The translations under genes and the position numbers were made by a program. The notes beneath the pieces are model-generated. The model made no database searches and was not told the origin of the DNA. It saw only the letters and a list, made by a program, of their open reading frames with translations. From NCBI GenBank assembly GCA_051362555.1, contig CM120642.1, forward strand, positions 13,206,001-13,270,000: 64,000 nt of DNA, given 5' to 3'. This document shows positions 29,301-48,904 of this stretch, piece after piece. This stretch comes from Lingula anatina (lineage: Eukaryota > Animalia > Brachiopoda). The first letter of the stretch is position 1. Every line of letters begins with the position of its first letter.

Positions 29301-32300
29301 TGGAGCAATAGAAAGAACCACAATAAGTGAATTTGTAACTCCAATTACACCAGCAGAAAATGACACTGTTGTCATCACCATTGCACCTGATGTGACAACT
29401 ATGGAGCCAGAGGTCACATCTTTGGAACCCAATGCCACCAAGGGTGACAATGCAACTACAACACCCAGTATCACCCCTGCTGTCACAACCACGGAGCCTA
29501 ATGTCACCACTGCTGTGACAGAGACCACTGAAACAGTGTCCCCTTCAACCACTGCTGAATATGAACCTCCCATCACTCCGGGAGAAAATGAAACTGTTGC
29601 TGTAAGCATTTTCCCAGACTCAACAACAACTATGACAGCACCAAGTGCAAATGTGACTGAAAATGTTACAATGTCAACTGATTCTGTGACCCAACCATCT
29701 GCTGTTAATGTAACCTCTCCTCAAACGACAACACCAATCATAGTTACAAGCCCTGAAATAGAGGCAACAACGACATCAACAGTTACAACTACAGTGACCA
29801 CCACAATGACCACCATGTTGACAACGTCTCAAGCTTATGAACCAGAAGCTGATGATACCTTGTTTGTGATGAAGTTTGATGTTGACTGCATCATTGTGAA
29901 AGGTGATTCCGAGATTGAAAAGCAATTTCAGAATGAACTCAAGGATAAGTTGATTGAAAAATTAAGCCTTCCTGAAGAAGAAGTTACCATGAGAGGCACT
30001 GAATGTGGCTCTATTCTAGCCACATTCTCCATTGCTAATGTAAATGAGACTTCACCCAAAGTGCAAGTGTTGAAGAACCTGGTTGATTTTGGTGAGATAA
30101 CTATCAGTTTGAATACAACCATCAATGGCACCATGAATCTGACAGCAACTGCACTTGAGATTGTGGCACCACCCTCCATGACAACAATGGCACCTGATAA
30201 TGTCACCTTGACAACAGGAGCCCCTCTTCCAGAGAATACAACAACTGATATGACAACAGATTTTTACAGTGTAACTACAGACACTGTTACAAGTATAGAA
30301 ACAACAACTTCCGATGATTTTGCTGCTCCTGTTACCCCTGGAGAAAATGCTACTGTCATTGTAAGCATTGCTCCTGATGTTACAACCAGTGAACCCGTTT
30401 CTTTTAATGAAACAATGAACTATACAACAGCAACCATAGAAACAACTACACTACCTGGCGAAAATGATACTGTTACTGCTAGCATTGCTCCAGAAGTTAT
30501 AACTAGTGAACCTGTTTCCTTTAATGAAACAATGAACTTTACAACAGCAGCCACAGAAGCAACTACAACAAGTGATTTTCTTCCTCCTATTACTCCTGGA
30601 GAAAATGATACTGTCATTGTTAGCATTGTGCCAGAAGTTACAACTAGTGAACCAGTTTCTTTTAATGAAACGATGAATTATACCACAGCTGTTGTAGAAG
30701 CAACTACAACAAGTGATTTTGTTCCTCCTGTTACCCCTGAAGAAAATGCTACTGTCATTGTTAGCACTGCCCCAGAAGTTACAACTATAAATGTAAATGA
30801 TACTGTGAACTATACAGAGACAACCCCAATGATAGAAGCAACAACAATAGCATACAATGTTACAACCTCGATGGCAGAAAACTTTACAACTTCAGACACT
30901 ACAACAGTAACATATATTGGTACAACTCCTCAGACAGAAAATGTTACAGCCACGACTGATTACTATGACACAACAGTTACAGAGTACAGTGCCACAACAA
31001 CTCCAGAGGCAGAGAATATTACTATGGCAGAAACAACAACAGTGGGATACAATGTTACAACAGACATTACTGAAAGTACAACAGCTGGGACTGTCATTGA
31101 AACAACAACATCAGTAGACAACACAACTGTAACAGAAACAACAACTAGGATATACAATCTTACAACCCTTGTTTTTACCAGTGTTACAGACACCACAACC
31201 AAACCAATAACAACTGCCAAGCCAGAGAAACCTCCAAAGGAAAATACGTATGTTCTTACATTTGATGTTGATTGCAGTGTGATTAAAGGAGATGCAGATG
31301 TTAAGCGAGAATTCCTGAATTCACTCAAAGCTACATTGGCATCTTTACTTGGAATACCTGAAGACAGCTTCACCATGAATGAACCAACTTGTGGCTCTCT
31401 AGTTGTCAGTCTTACAATTGCTAACACCACAGGGACGAATGTCACACAGATGATGCAAGAACTGATTGACAATAATCAGTTGTCTGTTAATGTGACCACA
31501 GCAAATGGTACCTTGACGCTAACAGCATCAGACCTAGAAGTCATTACTCCACCACCTGAGACAACAACTGCAGCCACAACTGTGACAACAACAACAGAAA
31601 CAACAACAGTAACAACAACCGGGCTTATTATCGATGGCAATGTGACAACTGCTACACCTGAGACAACAGTAGAACCATCCAATCAAACAACTGTCCCAAT
31701 GACAACATCAATGTCAACAACATCTTTAGCACCTGTTGTAGAATCTGACACCACTTATCGCATTACATATGAGGGAAACTGTGAGGATGTGATCAACGAC
31801 ATGGGCAATCAGATGATGTTTAATACATTTTTTCAATCGAAAATCATGGTAGTGCTTAATGTGGACCTGAACAGAGTAACAGTGGAAAAGTTTTCATGTG
31901 GGTCCTTACTTGTGGATTTTACTATATACAACACTACAGGCACCAACATTACTGAGCAGCTACAGGAGGCATTAATTTATGGCCAGTTGGACATTTCTAT
32001 AGATTGGTTGGCCAATTATACGGCTACTGATCTGATTATCATCACGCCGCCCCAAGTAACTACTATTTCTCCAACAACATCTGAAGCAGAAAATGTTACC
32101 ACTATGGCACCAGTGGCTACTACTGATCTCGAGAATGTTACTGCTGCATTGGAGAATGCAACAACATTGACACCTCTGTTCACAACTGAGGCAGATAATG
32201 TAAATGTCACCACGGGAGTAGAAAATGTCACCACCACAACCCCATTGTCTACTGATGCAGGTAATTTTACAACCATGGAGATGACAACACCTTCTACAAC

Positions 32301-35300
32301 AAAGTCAATGGACAAAAAAGAAGACTTAACATTTATTATGACTTTTGATGTGGACTGTTCAGCTGTGTCTGATCCTGCAGATAAATTGGAATTCTTCACG
32401 GCACTGAAGGCCATCCTTGCCGAACTGCTTGGCATACCAGAAGATTCCATAAGCAGTAATAACATTAGATGTGGTTCTATTGTTGTGGACTTCACTATTG
32501 CCAATACAACAGGACTCAACATAACAGAGAGGCTGAATGCTCTAGTAAATGCGGGATCATTGAGTTTTAATGTGACTCTTCAAAATGGAACCCTAGAGTT
32601 TACAGCTGCAACTGTTGAAGAAAGCATTTCAGTGACCACAACAGAGGCAACACCAATGACAACCACTGTGGCAGAGAATGTCACTTACCCTGCAGAGAAT
32701 GCAACTACAACAATATCTCCATTTTCAACAACTGAGGCAGATAATGTTTCAATGGCAGAAAATGTCACAACAGCAACACCATTTTCAACAACTGAGGCAG
32801 AAAATGTCACAACAGCTACACCATTTTCAACAACTGAGGCAGATAATGTAACAGTGGCAGAAAATATCACAGCAGCAACACCATTTTCAACAACTGAGGC
32901 AGATAATGTAACAGTGATGGAAAATATCACCACAGCAACACCATTGACAACAACTGTGGCCGATAATGTAACAGAAGAAGCCAATATGACCACACCTGAG
33001 TCATTTTCAACTATTACGCCCACAATGGCCACCCAGGAGAACACAACATACACTCTTGAATTTGATGGTGATTGCAGTACACTGAAATCTGAACCAGGTT
33101 TAGAGCAAGAATTTTTAGACCAACTGTATGAAATTCTTGTCATGAGGCTTGGCATTTCTGCTGATCAAGTGGGCATGTTAGATTTGAAGTGTGGTTCTGT
33201 ACTGGTAGACTTCACAATCACAGGTGCAGGCAGTTCCAATGTGACACAGTCTCTACTGGCACTAATTGAGGAGGGACTAAGTATTGCAGTGAACACTACA
33301 CAAAATGGAACGGTTTACTTTGTGGCACAGGCATTGTACACTGTAAGACCTACACCTGAAGTCTTGACAACAACAGTGGCAACCACTGGAATGACAACAG
33401 AAAATGACAATGTCACTACAACTGAAAATGGTACCATGGTGACAAATATTACTACCCCAGTCATGGTTACTGATAGTGACAATGTGACCACTCCTGTACC
33501 TACAGATGTGACTGAAGTAGACAATATTACAACCACTACATTGGCACCCCAAGAGAATGCCACTACTTCTTCTAGTGAAAATGTCACTGATGTGATTTAT
33601 GTTACAACAACAGCCCCAGACAATGTAACTGAGTCACAAAATGTAACCTTAGAGGCCAACATGACCACCACTCTGCCAACAGCAGCTGTGACAACAGAGT
33701 TAGGCAATATAACAACGACAGTTGCAAACTTAACTACAACTGTGTCAACACCTTTTGTTACTGAGACAGACAATGTTACCACCCTTGAAAATGTAACAAC
33801 AACAACACCCATGAGTGATAACATCACTACAATAGCACCAACACCAGAGTATACAAATGCAACAACTGAACTGACGACATCAGTGACAACACCTGTTGTC
33901 ATGACAACAGAGCAAACAAATGTTAGTGCAGACAAGACATTTGTCATGACATTCCATGCAGACTGTTCAGTTGTGTCTAATCCTGCAGATAAATTGGAAT
34001 TCTTCAGGGCTCTGAAGGCCATCCTTGCTCAATTGCTTGGCATACCAGTAGACTCGGTGAGCAGTAATGACATTAGATGTGGGTCTATTGTTGTGGACTT
34101 TACCATTGCCAATACAACAGGACTGAACATCACAGAAAGGTTGAACGCTCTCGTTGCCAGTGGTGCATTGACCTTTAATGTCACACTGCAGAATGGTACC
34201 ACTGTTGAGTTTACGGCTGCTGATGTTGTGGAATCTGGTGTTTATACATCACCAACACCAACAGTAGAAACAACTATGAAAATAACCACAACAGCAGAAA
34301 TAACAACTTCTAGTTCAACTACAGAGACAACTCCTAGCACAACTACAGAGACAACAACAGAAACAACAACAACAGAGACAACAACTCCAAGCACAACTAC
34401 AGAAACAACAACAGAAACCACAACAACAGAGACAACAACTCCAAGCACAACTACAGAAACAACAACAGAAACTACAACAACAGAGATAACAACTCCAAGT
34501 ACTACTACAGAAACCACAACTGCTGAAACCACAACTACATCACCTTCAACCACAACACCAGTTACAACTCCTGAAGAAACCACTGCCTCACCAACCCCAA
34601 CTAGCACGACAGAAGAAACCTTGCCAGTAACAACAGCAGCTGCAGTACCTTCCACAACCACAGAAGCAACTGCACAAAACACAACAGTCATCATCAAATT
34701 TGATAAAGATTGCAAGTTACTTAAGAATGAAGCTGATAAAGAAATATTCAAGCAGTCTCTACGAGAAAAGCTCTCAACACTGCTGAATATTTCATCTGAG
34801 AAAATTGTGATGAATGCCGTTACATGTGGGTCTGTGCTTGCAAATGTCACTTTTGTTGACAGCAATGAAACTGTGGTGTTGGGACAACTGCACAGTATTG
34901 TGAGGAACAAGGAACTAGTTGTAGATATGGATGCCAAGGGCCAGTTTACTGCTGTTGATGTTTCAACAGATGGAGTTTTTGCAACAACACCACCAAAAGT
35001 GCCACCCACTCCTGCTGGCAGCACCTCAGATTTGAGCCAGACAGATTTAGTCATTATTATTGTAGTAGTAATTGTAGTAGCAGTAATATTAATTGCAGTT
35101 GTGGTGCTCGTTTTGTGGTGGTGCTGTAGACGAGGTCACCACAAGACATTCAGGCTCACAGAGACTCCAGATTATAAGGTCGAGGAGTACACCTTAGCTC
35201 CCATGTCCAGAGACTATGGTGTGTATACAGAGAATGGGACTAATAATGTATATCCTGTGGCAGCCTCAAATGTTGGCAGCAGCTCCATAGGCAGTAATGG

Positions 35301-35703
35301 CAGCCATAAAACAAATGATAATAAAGCAGGATACAATGCATATTCACCACCTTCATATCAAGCAAAGACAAACTCTACAGCTTCAGTAAAATCTGACCAA
35401 TCGGATCATGGGTCATTCAATCCAAGAGCTGACCATTCTGACCACGGGTCAAGACCTAGTTCAGGATTGGGCCAGGAAATAGATCAGGGCAGTCCTAAAG
35501 CAGACCATGACCCAGAGTTAGGGCAAAGACAAGTGCATACTTATGATGAGGATGATATTAATGGCGGAATAGTAAATCCAAGCTATTCCCATGACACTAG
35601 TGACAACCATTCTTCAAATTATAGAGATGATAATAACATTCATAAACAAAGTGACACTGTAGCGCAGGTATCAGAAGTACACTTAGACATTCAGAATGAG
35701 TGA
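26390..35703 (+). CDS. Giant type I transmembrane mucin-like glycoprotein (~3122 aa with exon 1): PTS repeats, seven SEA-like domains, TM helix, cytoplasmic tail
   Basis: Uninterrupted 9.3-kb ORF with T/S/P/E-rich repeats and seven ~100-aa modules F/Y-x-x-D/N-C...C-G-S-hydrophobic. Hydrophobic helix LVIIIVVVIVVAVILIAVVVLVLWW (35047-35121) is followed by CCRR and a ~190-aa tail. The ORF-track start at 26377 lies in the intron's pyrimidine tract. Confidence 0.93.
27025..27470 (+). repeat. Coding 33-bp (11-aa) tandem repeat TEAESTTIPPP/TETESTTTPPV
   Basis: acagaggcagaatcaacaaccataccccctccc repeated perfectly several times, then variants. Confidence 0.95.
27540..29110 (+). repeat. Coding ~57-61-aa tandem repeat (TTTSDFIVPVTPGENDTVAVSVEPAITTSEPTSQVNVT...), about 9 copies
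   Basis: Recurrent acaagtgattttattgttcctgttacccctggagaaaatgatact; more diverged copies at ~29310-29620 and ~30300-30800. Confidence 0.93.
34315..34530 (+). repeat. Coding 54-bp (18-aa) repeat STTTETTTETTTTETTTP
   Basis: Three to four copies visible in DNA and protein. Confidence 0.9.
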
Positions 35704-36803
35704 AATGCTAAAGCAGCCAATAAGGCAAAAGGAGTGCAGACATTTCATTGCATTGTAATTTATGTACATGTATAAGTTAAAGATATAAAATGGAAACCAC
35801 CTTCATACAACATTTAAAAAATCTAGTGATGAATGACTGAAGCCTGCAATTTATGAAGATGGTATATATCATTATAAATACAAGTCGATACTTTTCTGCA
35901 TTCTTGCCAGTACACATAAGTGTTTAAAGACTAAGGGAATATAGAAGACTAAATCTTTAAGTAAAATAGGATGATGTCAACAGGCAAGTTATTGCAAGGA
36001 ATCATTGTGTTCATGAACAGTGTATTTAACTCTGCCTGAAGTGGCAGTGCACAGGTGACATGATTTAAAGAGATTTTTACATATAATGCAACATGACATG
36101 GTATGAGGCATGATGCAATGACTGATGAACAAATGCACTGTTTCAAGTCTGTGAAAGAAAAAAGAAGAGCCTGAATTATTTTAGTCTGATTATATTTCAT
36201 TATGATGGTTCTAAAACAGTTTCTATGGACATTTTTATGTAAAGCACACTTGTTATTTGCAATATTCCAAGAACACTCTTGTGTGCACATTGTATTCTGT
36301 AGGAAGACTTATTACTAGTCACATTTTTTTAATGTGTGTTAACGTAAAATATGGATATAGAAGTATATACCTGCATATATAGATATATAGATAGATATAT
36401 AAATATACAATACATCAAGGGACCAATTTTGAGGCATAATCTATTTAAATTTTGTGGCGATTCATACTGTATTGCCAACAGCTAGTAAATGATAGAAAGG
36501 CAACACAATTTTACCCTGTAGGTTTTTATTTAAAATTGCAATTGCTTTAAGAAATGTTTTATTATTTTCTTTTAGTATTGCATTAAAAAAAACTGTATAT
36601 TTTCAAATGTTACAGTTACTATAGTTTTTTATTTATTTATTTTATTTATTTATTTATTTATTGCATAATTTAATAATACTGTTTCAGTTTTGTGTCCTGA
36701 TGTAGTTTTACAGTCACTGGGACACATTGTGAAATTTAACCAAAAGTCCCATTTTGACCCAAAATGAGATGAAGAAGACTTTCAGATCTAGACTGCCTTG
36801 TAG

Positions 36804-36834
<31 letters not shown>

Positions 36835-39399
36835 TACAGTATTTGTATTGAAAAGGTCACAGTTAGTGTATGATATGGACTTGCAGACATTTGGTGCTTA
36901 TATAGGTAGGTGCACATGAGAGTGCTCCAATTGTATAAATTTTTGTTTGCTTTTTACGTGTGCTGCTGCAATTCAGTATTATATCTTGTCCCCATCATTG
37001 CCAACATTTAGAATTTCACCTGAAAATTTTGTTTTATCAATACCATATAAAGTTGGTGTTCTATAATTTTATTGTTCAAGATGTGGTGGGGTTGAATCTC
37101 ATCTTGTAAACATCATAGCAGTTTGAATGCTTGTCAGTTCTTTTTAGTATTTACTGCACTTAGAAATTTTACAATCTTAAATCCATTCAGGTAGAATGGA
37201 TAGAAATGTTCTTTTACCAACATATTTGTTTAGTTGAAAGCAACTTGAAGCGTGTAAAAAATAAGAACAAGTCATGGCAGATGTCTTTGGTAGGTTATGT
37301 AATGTAAGTTAATGTTGACAATTATGTTATGAATTGCTTGCGTATATTCATATTTAATCATTATAATTGAACATCTTTACAGTTGTATTTTATTCATTTT
37401 GTACCATTGATATTATATACCTTGGATCTTGCAGGCATTGAACAGCTTTTTTATATACAATGAATGTATGACTGACACTGACATATTATCACTGACACTG
37501 ACATATTATATATACAATTTTTTTAATTATTTTATTTATTTATTTATTTTTTAGTTTGTTTGATTGTTTGTTTGTTTGTTTGTTTGTTTGGGGGGGGGCG
37601 GGGTGGAAGTAGACTGAAATCTGCTTAAATATAATTAAACAGATTGCTCTTCATTTGAAACATCTATAGTGGTAGATGTATAGTATTACATAGTATATTC
37701 AAGGAGGATTTCATTTGGACATCCAAATTGTTTCATCCTTATAGGGCCATTTGTTAAGTCATATAGGATTCTCTGTTTAATATGTATCCATACTTGCCAT
37801 GTGCAAAAAGAAGTAGAGAATTAAGATAGGACAAAGATTCACAAGTCAAATGGGAAGACTTAAACATTGTGTAGTTTTAAATAATTATACATTTCAACTG
37901 ATTCAGAAGTGAAAACAAAAAAAGCCTTATAAAAACATATCTGTATTACGAAAATTAGTAAAGAAATATAATGGGCTGACTTTAAGTAAGCCAGAATGGC
38001 CTTTTCATGAAAACTAGGCCATTGTGTGATCAGTTGAATGTATTAGATGTCCAATATACAGGGACCATTTTTATAACTGTTAAACAACTGCAATATTTTC
38101 ATATAAAGTACTCCAAAATGCATGCTTTGCTCAAAAATAAAATATTTTTAAAATGTAACTTGCACTGTTTTTTTTTTTTTTTAATTTACATAACACAAAC
38201 TTTGTTGAACTTGAATCCTGCACAGGCACACTAAGTAACATTTTAAAATTTAACCAATTAAAGCTACGGTTACATTTCCTTGTCTCTTGGTGTTTTGAAT
38301 ATTTGTTGAAGGTCTATTCTTCATGCATTCATATAAAAATGGAGATATTTCTGGCATTTATATTTTATTAATAGACATGGCTTTCTTATAATTCAATTTC
38401 ATATTCACAAATATACACAATGCCTCATAAGGAGAATTCTCTTCATTTTTAACCAAAATAACTATTATCAGTGTTCATTTTTACAACATTATATGTCTAT
38501 ATACATTCATGACTTTCACCCAAAGCCAGTAAACAGTAGATCTTTTCCCTGCATCTAAGGTTCATTTCAGTCATATGATATCCGTATGGGTAATACTGTA
38601 TAAAGTAATAAACCAGACATTCATGTTACTCACTGTGAAATGAGGATCACCATGAGAATTGACAAGTCTTCGTGAGTTCTGTTTACTCATTTTTCATGTC
38701 TTAAAAATATCTTAGAGAAATGTTTGAATGAATCAAGTGAGATACAGAAAACACTTTCTCCAAAATGATCATAAAAGTAATCACTGCACCAAATTTCCAC
38801 ATTTTTTTTTTCATTTCATGATTCAGACAATGCAAGCTCTGAAGCCCCTAATATAGGTTCAAATCAAAGTAATATCAATATATGTACAGTTGCATCTTCA
38901 ACTTGTGGTATATATAGTACATGTAAACGGAGAATACTAAAATAGGGTCCAACCCCGAATACCCATTATATAACAGTTTATACAAAATCCATGAAAACAA
39001 GTCTTTTTTACACATAAAAAGGATCAAATCCTCCAAATGGAGAAAAAATTCTATCCACAATGGCATAATTCAGCCATGCCATTAATGAGAATAAATGTCA
39101 CTGCTTAAAGTGCTCTTGCAATGTTCTTACAAGTCTTACTTGAGAGTCAATTTCTATACTTCACATAGAAATGTCATAAATATTTTTTTTAATTGACCAA
39201 GCTTTGCCTGACACCCAATGGCATTGGTATTGCCTGTATAAAAAGTGTGGGCATTAATTTTTGTATGGCTTGCATCCATCTACATCCATCCAGACTTCTG
39301 TGCTGATCACCTATGCATTGGTAGACTTAATTCCACATAAATCCCAAGTAAAACTAAATCTGACACCATATATAAATGTTTCTGCTTGAAAATGGTGTC

Positions 39400-39427
39400 A
39401 AAAAAAAAAAAAAAAAAAAAAAAAAAA
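39400..39427. repeat. Poly(A) tract (poly-U in the inferred CDC73 3'UTR sense)
   Basis: Run of ~28 A. Confidence 0.9.
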
Positions 39428-40028
39428 GACAAGGACTGACATTTCAATTTAGGATCCTTGTAGAAATATTACACTGGCTAAGGTTCAGCATGGTATTGGG
39501 TGAAAATATAATGTACTTGTAAGTAACATTCAGTAAGCTCTCTCCATTGCCAACTCTGTGGTCTTAAAACCACAAGAACTCAGTTCCAAGTGTTCTCAAG
39601 GAATTATGTCTCTCTTTCAAAAGTTTTGAACAACTCTAATTAAAAGTGAGCATTATATAACAGTACATTTTAAAAATTTCTTCTAGACTCTGGTGACACC
39701 TGTAGAGCTGTAAAAGTAGTTTCATTCATTGAGCTGAAATATGCAAATCTCAGCAAAGTTGCAAATCACTCTTTCAACTTGGCCTCTCAATCCAGCAAGG
39801 TTATTCCTTTATTACCGCTAAAAAGCTGTACAGAATCGGTCTGTGGGTCAAAACATCACTGTTGTCAAACCGAAGATCTAAATACTTTGAGCAACATCAC
39901 GTCAACTAGCAACTTTGCTGGGACACAATGACAGCATATGTGTTTGTCACACCACATTCTGAGTACCTCATGACACAAGCCAATGGATTCCAATACATTC
40001 CTCGCCCTCTGATAAAACTTTTCCTGCT

Positions 40029-46604
<6,576 letters not shown>

Positions 46605-46841
46605 GATTATTTCTTCCTGTAGCTCTGGGTCTTCATAAAACAAAGCTCTGATACAAATATTAATTTATCTATTGTTCTACGCGTACCTATTGAGTCCATG
46701 TTTATGTAAATGTACATCTTGCAGTTATGAAATTATGAAACTGCACTTGTAATATATTAACGTTAAAACCTTTATTATTTTGTATAATATTAATATTTAG
46801 TTGTAGGACTGTGATTCCGTCTCGTAAACAAACATGGCGGC
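46605..46841. promoter_or_regulatory. Bidirectional promoter shared by CDC73 and PGLS
   Basis: Only 229 bp separate the divergent ATGs; a YY1-type motif aacATGGCGGC overlaps the PGLS start; local CpGs in an otherwise CpG-poor region. Confidence 0.8.
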
Positions 46842-48904
46842 GCCCATTATTGAGGTGCGTGAAACAGAAGCTGAAGTTGCAAGAGAGCTTTGCAGCTTGG
46901 TAGCTAAAAAAGCAAACCAAGCGATAGAACAGAAAGGAGTATTTACGGTTGGTGTATCAGGTAAAGCAGCCTTGAATGTTGTCATTATTTATTTTGTTCG
47001 TTTTTTACTCTTTAAAAATTAAATACCAGCGCTAGTACAGTAGTACTGTAGTAGTAAATGATTTTGTTGTACTATAGCATTAATTATGCTGTCACGGATA
47101 GCTCTGATGCTGTCCCGATACTTAATAGAGTTGACCATTATTTGGCTTAGGCATTTCTCTTTGTGAAATTTCACGAGCACTTGTATTCATTGGTCACTTC
47201 ATGAACCTACTGGAGTATTTATGTGTCAGCTGGCTTTGAAATGTAATGTATATGTTATCACTTTCCATATTCTGTGTTACTTGGTTTCTTTAATTGACTT
47301 TTAATTGTTATTCTATTATATTGGCTTTTTGATGTTTGAGAATTCTGAACATAATAGCTATTACTCACACGGCATTGCTAGCTACATAAAAACTTACACA
47401 ACATTTTAACTTTCACATTTCAATATATACAGATTTTATCATTTTCTTTCAAAACACATATTAATTAATAAAGAGATAAATTGTGAATTCTTTTTCCAAG
47501 GTGGCAGCTTACAGAAACACCTGTGCAATGGACTTCCAGGTGAAACAACTGACTGGACCAAATGGCATATATTCTTCTGTGATGAACGTGTTGTGCCCTT
47601 TGACAATGACGACAGCACATACAAGTACTATAGGGACAATCTGCTGGGGAAGGTTCCCTTACCAAAGGAAAATCTAGTGCCTATTGACCCCTCTTTACCA
47701 GGTATGTAAATTTGGTGTGATGGGGCACTTTGTTGTTTTGTGTTAGTTTTTCTCATGATAATCTAATTTTAACATCAGTTTTGTTTAATACTTTAGTAAA
47801 GTCCTTGCATTTTTGACTTTGAAACAATTTCTGCTTGTTTTTTTATATCATTACAAACACAGAAAAGTAAAGAGACAAGTTTTATGAGTAAAATATCCAT
47901 TTCATTTATTTTTGATCTTTTTAAAGATAATCTATGACTTATGAAACTGATATTTTCTGTAAATTGTATGTCATATATATATATATATATATACACACTT
48001 TCAGCAAGTGAGGCAGCAACTGACTATATATCCAAGCTCCGTAAAGTGTTTCCAGGCACTGAGCTCCCAAGGTTTGATATGCTGCTGTTAGGGATGGGAC
48101 CAGATGGCCATACATGCTCTCTGTTTCCTGGACACAAATTGCTGGATGTAAGTTCATGTATGATGATACTGACAATTAGTTGAGAGTAACTAAAAAAAAA
48201 ATATTTAAAAGCTCTAAGGAGCAGTGAACGATTATGTTTGGGTAGCACATTTTGCAAACAAGTAATTAGTATTTCACTGAATATTTTTTAATCATTTTTT
48301 TCTTAGGTTACAGATGTCATAGTGGCAAGTATAACAGATTCACCCAAGCCTCCCCCTCAGAGAATTACATTGACACTGCCAGTTGTTAACAATACTGCTT
48401 GTGCTGTGTTTATGTCTTGTGGAGAAAGTAAGGCAGAAATATTGAAGGTAGGTTACCCTAGGTTTCCTAATGGTAGAACTCTATATAATAGTTCTTTTAA
48501 GAAAAACCCTTAATAATAGCTTTGAGTGCTCCATGACCAATCTGAAAAACTTATATTTTATGACTGCATCACTAAAAAATTATATTTCATACACAGCGCT
48601 ACATCCAAAATAGCATGAAAAAATAAGCATTGTTTTTAAGTGTTAGAGTTTTATGCCAGAGATCTCAGATTATTACACCACAGTTAGCAGAAACAGGTTC
48701 CATGGTGCATTTACAAGGATGTTTTATAACAGAACTGTATAATTTCCACTTTTTCATAATACTTAAATCAGAATTCAATATTTGCTTCAGCGAGTTCTGG
48801 AGGGAAGTGAGGCAGACCCACTTCCAGCAGCCAGAGTGAGACCAACCAACGGAGAATTGCACTGGTTTCTTGACCAATCAGCTGCCAAGCTTCTCAAGTC
48901 GTGA
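46834..48904 (+). CDS. PGLS: 6-phosphogluconolactonase, 5 coding exons, ~241 aa
   Basis: Exons 46834-46960, 47501-47701, 48005-48147, 48307-48447, 48791-48904; GT-AG, phases compatible, total 726 nt. Motifs [77 protein letters not shown]. Confidence 0.97.

Noticed and set aside
26391-35054. Many antisense and off-frame ORFs (Val-rich, Cys/Asn-rich, Gln/Pro-rich) up to 270 aa within the mucin exon
   Set aside because: Shadows of ACN-rich repetitive codons of the real ORF; no independent start or splice support.
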